Shown: one piece after another, positions 9,969 to 17,295 of the stretch
Numbering within the stretch: the stretch's first letter is position 1
Layout: every line of letters starts with the position of its first letter
From: Clostridium amylolyticum
GTDB taxonomy: Bacteria; Bacillota; Clostridia; Clostridiales; Clostridiaceae
Assembly (NCBI RefSeq): GCF_900142075.1
Contig: NZ_FQZO01000004.1
Span: 150,868 to 182,867, forward strand
DNA length: 32,000 nt
Direction: 5' to 3'
The notes under the pieces: model-generated
What the model was told of the DNA's origin: nothing
The model's database searches: none
What the model saw: the letters and a program-made list of their open reading frames with translations, nothing else
Program-made: the position numbers and the translations under genes

Positions 9969-10835
9969 TTAATATGACTCTCCTGTTTTGTATATTTTGC
10001 TTATAAGTCCTACTGAAATAAGTCCTAATATAATTAAGTACACCCCACCAGTATTGGCAAGACTAAAGTTGTTTTCTGTTAAAGCTGTTTGATAAATAAA
10101 CATAGGCATGTTTAAGGTTTTATTACCTGGACCACCTGCTGTAGTCATCATTATAATATCCAATTTTTGTAACATACTTGTAGCGGAAAGTATAGTTGCA
10201 GTTCCAATAATATTCCTTAATAATGGTAATGTTATTAAAGTCATAGTCTGAAACTCTGTAGCTCCATCCACCTTAGCAGCTTCATAAACATCCTCTGAAA
10301 TAGATGCCATTTCTGCCATTATAAGTATTGCCACCACTGCTGCAAAAGGCAGCCAAGTTATGGTTACTGTAAAGAATGAGGTTTTAGGGTCCATAAACCA
10401 GTTTTGTGAAAACTCCGTAAAACCTAAAGCTCTAATGGTATTATTCACCATACCAAATTGAGGATTAAATATAGACAAGAAAAGTAATCCTAATGCTGCA
10501 CTAGAAATAATATTAGGTATCATAAATGCAGTTCTTGCAAACTTAAAATACCACTTTTTCCTTGAAAGTATTAAGGCAAATATAACTCCTATAGCTACGT
10601 GAACTGTAGATTGTAGCAATATCCATATTATTGTGTTTATTAAGCTCTTAATAAAATCTGCATTCTTAAAAAGCTCTATATAGTTCTTTAACCCCACAAA
10701 GCTAAGCTTTGATCCTATGCTCCAGTCAGTAAAGGAGGTTACAACCAATACTCCAATGGAAAAAGCATATACAAATGCAAAGATAAGCGTTGCTGGAACC
10801 AAAAATGCTATTATCCATTTCTTATTATTATTCAT
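9969..10835 (-). CDS. Carbohydrate ABC transporter permease (MalF-like)
   Basis: 288-aa multi-TM protein with an EAA loop (YEAAKVDGATEFQTMTLITLPLL). SD GGGAG lies 7 nt upstream. No cognate ATPase gene is present in the locus. Confidence 0.9.
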   Translation of the reverse strand: MNNNKKWIIAFLVPATLIFAFVYAFSIGVLVVTSFTDWSIGSKLSFVGLKNYIELFKNADFIKSLINTIIWILLQSTVHVAIGVIFALILSRKKWYFKFARTAFMIPNIISSAALGLLFLSIFNPQFGMVNNTIRALGFTEFSQNWFMDPKTSFFTVTITWLPFAAVVAILIMAEMASISEDVYEAAKVDGATEFQTMTLITLPLLRNIIGTATILSATSMLQKLDIIMMTTAGGPGNKTLNMPMFIYQTALTENNFSLANTGGVYLIILGLISVGLISKIYKTGESY

Positions 10836-10867
10836 AAAGCCACTCCCTCTATAAAGATTTCACAGTT

Positions 10868-11011
10868 ATTGTAAACCTTTTAACAGATGCTTTGAATCCA
10901 AAATACTTACCTGTTATTGTATTAATTTTGCTTATTTACTTCTCAATGATTTTCCCCTAGTTAATCCACAGAATCTTCTTATAATATTTTTACTTTTCTT
11001 GTAATATTTTT
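10868..11011 (-). promoter_or_regulatory. Promoter/operator region, copy 2 of the duplicated regulatory module (upstream of the permease-GH65 unit)
   Basis: See 2998-3140. It has the same two conserved blocks at the same spacing, ending 33 nt before the permease start codon. The -10-like TACAAT is kept, but the -35 position reads GAAGTA, which suggests dependence on an activator. Confidence 0.55.
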
Positions 11012-11154
11012 GCCTAAAACGCTAACTTTGGATTTTATCCGCTCTCTAGCCACTCCATTATGTGTAAAATAAAAAAGCCTTTAGAATATTATTTTAAATT
11101 TTATGAGATTATTTCTAATAAAAAGAGTATCTATGTGAACATATATTCCAAAGT

Positions 11155-11196
11155 ATAAAATCCGCCATCTTAAAACAATAAGATGGCGGATTTTAT
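11155..11196 (-). terminator. Rho-independent terminator of the SulP gene (bidirectional shape)
   Basis: Perfect 12-bp stem tccgccatctta(11161-11172)/taagatggcgga(11179-11190), flanked by an A-run and a T-run. Confidence 0.8.
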
Positions 11197-11220
11197 AACT
11201 GTTCACTTTTATTCAATTAA

Positions 11221-12867
11221 CTATATAATTGCATCTTCTAAATTCATAAATATATTATTTTCACCAATTAAATTTATAATATCTGATTTTTCTAAAGCTA
11301 ATTTAGGCTGCTCTTTAATGCCTGAAATAATGATTTTAATATTTTTGTCTTTGCACATGTCTATCATCCTCTGGAAGGCATGTAAAGCTGTTGCATCCAT
11401 GGCAGGAACATTCTTCATGTCAACAATTAGAGTCTCCACTTCATTTCCTACCTCATTCATAGCCTCCATAAATTTATCTGCAGCCCCAAAGAAAAGTGGA
11501 CCATTTATTTCATAAATCTGCACATTATTATTTGATATAAGCTTTGAGTTTATTCCTCTTAGGTTATCCCCATCTTCTTCATCCTCTTCTTCGGCAGAAT
11601 CTAATAAGAAGGTTTTAACATTAGAAACTTCAGCCATACGTTTCATAAACAAAAATGCAGATAATACCATACCTATTTCAATAGCTTTCACCAAATCAAC
11701 TAACACAGTAATAAAAAATGTAACTACTAATACCAGAGCATCGCTCTTTGGAGATTTTAGCAAGGATTTAAATTCACGCCATTCGCTCATATTATAGGCA
11801 ACCACTATTAGAATTGCTGCTAGGGATGCCAAAGGAATCATCTTTGCAAAAGGCATAAACACCACCATGATAAGTAAAAGTGTGAGGGCATGTACCATTC
11901 CTGCCACTGGAGTTCTTCCACCATTTTTTATATTAGCCACGGTTCTTGCAATGGCTCCAGTAGCTGGTATTCCCCCAAATAAACCTGACCCTATATTAGC
12001 AATTCCTTGAGCTACTAACTCCATATTTGATCTATGTTTTCCTCCAATCATACCGTCCGATACTACCGCAGATAGTAATGACTCAATAGAACCTAATATG
12101 GCAATGGTAAATGCCGGTATTATCAGAAGTTTAAATTTGTGCATATCTATATTAGGTATATTAATGCTTGGAAGCTTAGATGATAACTCTCCATACTTGC
12201 TTCCAATGGTTGCTACCTCCAACCCTAAGGTTTTTACTATTATTGATGTAATAACCAAAGCAATTAAAGCACCAGGTATTTTTTTATTAACCTTAGGCCA
12301 TAAAACAATAATTAAAAGAGCTAAAACGCCAATTAGTGTGGTTTGCACATTTATTGTATTAAATGCTTTAAAGTAGCTTCCCCATTTCCCCAAGAACTCC
12401 ACAGGAACCTCTCCCATTTGAAGCCCAAAGAAATCTTTAATTTGAGAAGAAAATATAACCACTGCAATACCGCTGGTAAATCCAGTGGTTATAGGATAAG
12501 GTATAAATTTAATTAAACTTCCTAGTTTCAACAGTCCCATAACAATCATTATAATACCAGCCATAATGGTGGCAATTACTAGACCATCAACACCAAATTC
12601 AGATACTATACCGTAAACAATAACCATAAAAGCACCGGTTGGTCCTCCTATCTGCACCCTGCTACCACCTAGCATTGAAATTAAAAACCCAGCAATAATG
12701 GCAGTATACAATCCTTTTTCAGGTGTTACCCCAGAAGCTATAGCCAGAGCAATAGACAAAGGCAACGCAATTATGGCAACTATAATTCCAGCAGTTACAT
12801 CTTTTAAAAACTGTTCTTTAGAATAGTCTCTCAATGTTGTAAAAAGTTTTGGTTTTAATGTAGACAT
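11221..12867 (-). CDS. SulP family inorganic anion transporter with C-terminal STAS domain
   Basis: 548-aa ORF. The N-terminal signature is DVTAGIIVAIIALPLSIALAIASGV..GLYTAII and the protein has many TM segments. The C-terminal STAS-like region is VQIYEINGPLFFGAADKF. Confidence 0.9.
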   Translation of the reverse strand: MSTLKPKLFTTLRDYSKEQFLKDVTAGIIVAIIALPLSIALAIASGVTPEKGLYTAIIAGFLISMLGGSRVQIGGPTGAFMVIVYGIVSEFGVDGLVIATIMAGIIMIVMGLLKLGSLIKFIPYPITTGFTSGIAVVIFSSQIKDFFGLQMGEVPVEFLGKWGSYFKAFNTINVQTTLIGVLALLIIVLWPKVNKKIPGALIALVITSIIVKTLGLEVATIGSKYGELSSKLPSINIPNIDMHKFKLLIIPAFTIAILGSIESLLSAVVSDGMIGGKHRSNMELVAQGIANIGSGLFGGIPATGAIARTVANIKNGGRTPVAGMVHALTLLLIMVVFMPFAKMIPLASLAAILIVVAYNMSEWREFKSLLKSPKSDALVLVVTFFITVLVDLVKAIEIGMVLSAFLFMKRMAEVSNVKTFLLDSAEEEDEEDGDNLRGINSKLISNNNVQIYEINGPLFFGAADKFMEAMNEVGNEVETLIVDMKNVPAMDATALHAFQRMIDMCKDKNIKIIISGIKEQPKLALEKSDIINLIGENNIFMNLEDAII

Positions 12868-13163
12868 TTCTTCACTTCTTCCTTTAATAAATCTATCAGA
12901 ACAGCAAATAATTTAACTTAAAATAGCATATAAAAAGCTTCTCAATATGTATTTCATAAATAATACCTATTACAATATGTATTAATATAGCTGCTCTGAA
13001 TGTAAAAAAACAACTCTTGTATTTTACTCCTGTTATTATCATTTATCAACATCAAAAGTGAAGGATTAAACAAATAGCTTGCAGTTATGCTATGATTCTT
13101 TAAAGAATATTAGAAATTTTAAACTTTCCTATTCTAATTTGTTTTGACTAACTAATATTATCT

Positions 13164-13838
13164 TTAAAACATATGAAATATTCTAAATCCAATAAGGATA
13201 ATTGCACTATCTGCCATTATATGAAGTATCCAAGAGTTTATGAAATTTTCTGACTTAGTATCCAGCCAGTTAAACACAAACCCTACCACAATAAGTCCTA
13301 ACAGAACCAATATGGTTATCCATAAGCTAAACCAAGTTTTAAAAATAGCAATATGGTAAAGTCCAAAAAGTAAAGAGGAATAAATATAAGCCGTTTTCTT
13401 ATATTTAAGCTTATACAAATTAAGAAATATAAATCCCCTAAAAAAGAACTCTTCTAAAAAAGAATTTCCAAAAGTAACATAAGCTCCTATTAAAGCAAAA
13501 TTTCCCGGAGTAATCTTAGACTTATTTTGTAATTCCTCAGTTATGCTTTGAAAGTCAATAAAATGTCCTAATAGATAATAAGCAACTAGTATAATAAAAA
13601 ATGAACTTACTCCAAATATAAACCCTAATTTTAAATGCCTTTTGTCTATTTTCTTAACATTTATAGCCTTATTTAAAACCTTATCTCCTAATAGGATTAT
13701 GTATAAATATGGAATTAATATAAATAATATAATTTTTGATATAGTTTTTATTCCATAGTTTACCTGAAGAAATTGTTCAATAAAATATAGTAATATACAT
13801 GCTGCCAAGGAACTTATTATTATATAGATTCTCTTCAT
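13164..13838 (-). CDS. CPBP family intramembrane glutamic endopeptidase (CAAX protease-like)
   Basis: 224-aa polytopic protein with motif 1 EEFFFRG, motif 2 FGLYH and motif 3 HIMADS. SD TAGGAG lies 6 nt upstream. Confidence 0.85.
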   Translation of the reverse strand: MKRIYIIISSLAACILLYFIEQFLQVNYGIKTISKIILFILIPYLYIILLGDKVLNKAINVKKIDKRHLKLGFIFGVSSFFIILVAYYLLGHFIDFQSITEELQNKSKITPGNFALIGAYVTFGNSFLEEFFFRGFIFLNLYKLKYKKTAYIYSSLLFGLYHIAIFKTWFSLWITILVLLGLIVVGFVFNWLDTKSENFINSWILHIMADSAIILIGFRIFHMF

Positions 13839-13924
13839 GCTTTACTCCTAACTCATAATGGATTTTTAATAATCCTAATTATATGAAAATATCACCATAT
13901 TACGTCATGAACTTATTATATTAA

Positions 13925-14239
13925 TTATAGTTCAGTATATTTTTTGCTATTACCCTTAGACTTTTCCACTGGATACTTTTTTTCATTCTTATTCATTTTA
14001 TCAAGTATTATTTCTTTAATATCAACTCCCATAGCATCTGCCATATGAATACAATAAATCATTACATCCGCTAGTTCTTCTGATACCTCTTGCTTATGAT
14101 AGTTACTGTCCCATTGGAAATGTTCTAGCAATTCTCCTGCCTCTATACTTATAGATTTAGCTAAATTTTCAGGAGTATGAAACTTGTTCCAATCCCTATC
14201 TTCTCTAAACTTACGTATTCTATCCAATATTTCTTCCAT
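13925..14239 (-). CDS. MazG-type nucleotide pyrophosphohydrolase (small all-alpha, DCTPP1/YpjD-like)
   Basis: MEEILDRIRKFREDRDWNKFHTPENLAKSISIEAGELLEHFQW...EELADVMIY matches the MazG EExxE...ExxD metal-binding helices. I moved the start to the ATG at 14239, which has SD GAGGTG 7 nt upstream. The track ATG at 14254 overlaps that SD. Confidence 0.8.
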   Translation of the reverse strand: MEEILDRIRKFREDRDWNKFHTPENLAKSISIEAGELLEHFQWDSNYHKQEVSEELADVMIYCIHMADAMGVDIKEIILDKMNKNEKKYPVEKSKGNSKKYTEL

Positions 14240-14347
14240 ATATATACACCTCAAAGTAAAATAAGATTAGCTAATCTTAAATTTATAAAATTAACTAATC
14301 TTATTATATAATAAATTATTACATATTACTTTTAAAACAGTACTGCT

Positions 14348-16339
14348 CTAACTTAAAATTTGACTTTCATGCTTTTTAAAGAAATCCACACGGGGTTCTA
14401 AATATTTTAGTTTATGGGTAGATTTATCTTCCATAAATGTATAAATTGGTTCAAATATATAATCCCATCTCCAAAGCTTCTCATTTACATTTAGATATTC
14501 CCTTACCATTTCACAGCTATCTGGTGCAATAGGATGTATTAAAGTAATAGCAGTTCTTACCGCATGAAATGCATCTATTAAGACTTGCTTACGAAGAGTA
14601 TTATCTTCACTAGCCTCAGCAGCTTTCATGTTATTTGCCCAATATTTATTCATTTTACGAATGTAATCATCCAAAACATAAGTAACACTATGAAATTCGT
14701 GGTTATACATGTGTCTTTCATAGCTTAAAATAGCATCATTGGATTCTTCTATAATATTAGCGCTAATTTCGCCTTCTGGTATGTTACCATCAAAATATTT
14801 CTGTGCGGTATAAAAGCAAGAACGAAGAAGTCTGTTAAATACATTAGTAAGCAAATTACCATCCTTTAAAACCGTATCTGGTCCTTGTTTCTCTTCTTCT
14901 TTCATATAAACCTGAGGCATGAAGCTGACACTTTTCTTAGCCAGTCCAAGACTTAGGAAATGCATACGCAATTGCTCTGCTGTGTAATATTCTAATAACT
15001 CTTTTGCCATAGGAGGTTTAATATCACTGCTGCTGCTTGCCTTTTTATCCATAAACAGTACATGGTTATTGGCGATCAACTGTGGAAGAGATATATTTTC
15101 AAAGTTTACTTTATCCTCGCTATTAATACCTAATAAAGCCATGAACAATGCCATCTCTGCAATACCATAGAAGTATATATTATCTTCCCCAATAAATTGA
15201 TAAACCTTTGAATCCTTAGAATTCCAAAACTCTTTCCACTCACTAGAGTCCTTTCCAATGGATTCAAGATACGCTTTGGTAAAGGAAATAGGCGCCCAAA
15301 GAGATTCAGGCCAAACCCAAAAGGTTAGATTTTCAAGATTTTCCTTTTCAGGAACTTCTATTCCCCATTCCACATTTCCTGATAGCCTAAAAGGCACCAA
15401 TGTCTTACCAGTTCTAAAGCGTATGCCAAGCTCATCTAATACCTTTCTAGCCTCATCTCTATTCTTTAGACTTTCAAATACATAAGAAATAGAAGCTTTC
15501 TTTGGATCATCTATGATGGTATGCTTAGGTAATTTATCTTCTAAATCTGTGATACCTTCTAATTGCTTACGTTTTACATATATAATTGGAGACTTCAAGA
15601 ATTCTTCAATGGTATTTAATAAATATTTTCTCCAATTTGAATGGGTTTTTAAATACTCTACTTTTTCTTTCAAAATATCATTATACTCATCCAGTTTAAA
15701 ATACCAGTTTGTAACATCCCTCAATTCAGGTGTTTTACCCGACAAAATGCTCTTTGGCTCAATTAATTCCATTGGCATATACTGATGTCCTAAAGCACAC
15801 TCATCCGCATAAGCCTTATCTGAATTACACCCCTCTATAGGACATTTACCAATCACTTGTCTGCCGTTTAACAGTACTTTAAAATCAGGATCGTAAAACT
15901 GTGGTGATGACAGCTTAAGTAAATATCCACCTTCATATAGTTTATTAAATATTTCTTTTGATAATTCTTTATGGATTTCACCAGCTCTATCTAATGCAGA
16001 AGCCCCATATAAATTTAAACTCATTTCATATTTATCTAATACTTCTTTTTGCTTATGATGATTTCCACGAACATAATCTTCTATGGTACCTTCATACTTA
16101 TGTTCATCTACAAGCTTTCTATAGCTTGCTGAAATGGGTGAACCATAGCAGTCTGTTCCAGATACAAATATAACATTTTCCCCGCCGATTCTATCCCGTA
16201 AAAACCTTGCAAAGGTATCCGCATGTACAAAAACCCCGCCTACATGTCCAAAATGCAATTCTTTATTGCCATAGGGCATACCTGCAGTTATAACAGCTTT
16301 CTTAGGAAATATAGGTCTTTCTATTTTTCTCTCTTCCAT
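14348..16339 (-). CDS. Class I aminoacyl-tRNA synthetase of the MetRS family, divergent paralogue
   Basis: 663-aa ORF. The HIGH motif reads HFGH. The CP-domain knuckle and following segment, [41 protein letters not shown], aligns with E. coli MetRS [48 protein letters not shown] aligns with FIGKDIVYFH. The KMSKS position reads KASSS. An anticodon-binding helical domain is present, but no C-terminal EMAP/Trbp111 domain. SD AAGGAG lies 8 nt upstream. Confidence 0.8.
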   Translation of the reverse strand: [663 protein letters not shown]

Positions 16340-16457
16340 AACTTACACTCCTTAAAATATATAGTGTTCAAGGCACAGTTTCCTTGTCACATCTAATCTT
16401 ATACATATAATCACTCTAAAAATATGGTTATATGTTTATAATTATAATCTCTTGTTA

Positions 16458-16558
16458 ACCAAGTGTTTCCTAGCTTCAGATAAATTCCCCTTAAAAAGAA
16501 TAACTTCTCCAAACGAAGCTTAGATAAACTTATTCAGAAGCTTAGAACTTATTATGTT
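16458..16558 (-). repeat. Dispersed structured repeat, copy C (degenerate, inside the 5' leader of the aaRS paralogue)
   Basis: Aligns with 17078-17181 along its full length, including the extra (a)taagtt..ctaagct unit. The arms are aagtgtttcctagcttc and gaagcttagataaactt. Unlike copies A and B, no T-tract follows the hairpin in the minus sense. Confidence 0.55.
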
Positions 16559-16611
16559 GCCACTTGAAAAAGCGTCGAGATAGGTTCCATTGGTTACTAG
16601 GTAAAAAAGCG

Positions 16612-16885
16612 TATAAAAAAACACCTCCTACAATATTCTGTAGGGGCGAATTCTGTCGCGGTACCACCCTATTTCATCAGCATGTCACCATACTAACCTT
16701 GTCGAGTACAAAGTATACTCTAGTTCTGTAACGTGAACCAACGTCATAGTATCACTTATCCCTTAGAATAAGATCCGTATGCAGCTCCGAGCCTTGTTTC
16801 GTTAAATCTTCCACCGCTCCCTCTCACCCACAGGAACTCTCTGTAAATATCCAAAATAACTACTCTTCTCTTCATTGCCTTTATT
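16612..16885 (-). promoter_or_regulatory. T-box riboswitch leader (Stem I, Stem II, IIA/B, III, antiterminator/terminator)
   Basis: The minus-sense leader contains these elements:
- GA/K-turn GCAAUGA...GAGC
- AGAGUA and GAA S-turn halves
- AG bulge CAGAGAG
- Distal GGGUGAGAG
- F-box CGUUA
- T-box sequence AAAUAGGGUGGUACCGCG (16657-16674)
- Antiterminator AGGG/CCCU + GCG/CGC
- Competing terminator CCCCUACA-GAAUAU-UGUAGGAGG followed by UGUUUUUUUAU (16613-16648). Confidence 0.9.
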
Positions 16886-16891
16886 TTTTTA

Positions 16892-16920
16892 AGTTTATTA
16901 AATGAATAGGATTTTGTCAA
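16892..16920 (-). promoter_or_regulatory. Sigma-A type promoter for the T-box leader
   Basis: In the minus sense: TTGACA (16920-16915), a 17-nt spacer, then TAAACT (16897-16892), immediately upstream of Stem I. Confidence 0.6.
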
Positions 16921-16995
16921 GGGGTATGAAAGTCTCCTTTGTTTATTATATTATTCACCATTATAATACTCTGGGAGTTTTTTTGATTTTATTAG

Positions 16996-17036
16996 CGGAA
17001 AAAATGGCTTAACTATTTCAGTATAAGCCATTTTAA
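16996..17036 (-). terminator. Rho-independent terminator of the GTPase-NYN gene (bidirectional shape)
   Basis: In the minus sense: AATGGCTTA-13 nt-TAAGCCATT followed by TTTTCC. It lies ~260 nt downstream of the stop at 17296. Confidence 0.7.
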
Positions 17037-17077
17037 TTATTTTATATCATTAAAACATCTTTATCCTAAGAAAAAGC

Positions 17078-17181
17078 AAAATCAAGTGATTCTTAGCTTC
17101 GGAGGTCGTTTCCTTAAAAGGAATACTTACTCCAGCTGAAGCTTAGAAGAACTTATCCAGGAGCTTAGTTCCCCTTATTCC
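17078..17181 (-). repeat. Dispersed structured repeat, copy B (3' UTR of the GTPase-NYN gene)
   Basis: Arms aagtgattcttagcttc (17084-17100) and gaagcttagaagaactt (17138-17154) surround GGAG/CTCC and an inner ttcc-ttaaaa-ggaa hairpin. An additional upstream (minus-sense) direct copy of the ATAAG..CTAAGCT unit is present. GATTTTGCTTTTTCTT follows in the minus sense. Confidence 0.6.
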
Positions 17182-17295
17182 ACTACTTAAAGAAATGGGC
17201 GTATTATGGGCGGTTAGCTATGGGATAAATTATAATTAATTTTTTTAATTAAATAAATATGTACTAATATTTTAATGCTTAACCTTAGGATCCAG

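Noticed and set aside
14262-14303. Palindrome AAGATTAGCTAATCTT plus a nearby TAAGATTAG repeat between the aaRS paralogue and the MazG gene, considered as a terminator
   Set aside because: The stem is only ~6 bp and almost entirely A/T. It is too weak to call a rho-independent terminator, so I mention it only as a possible pause or processing site.
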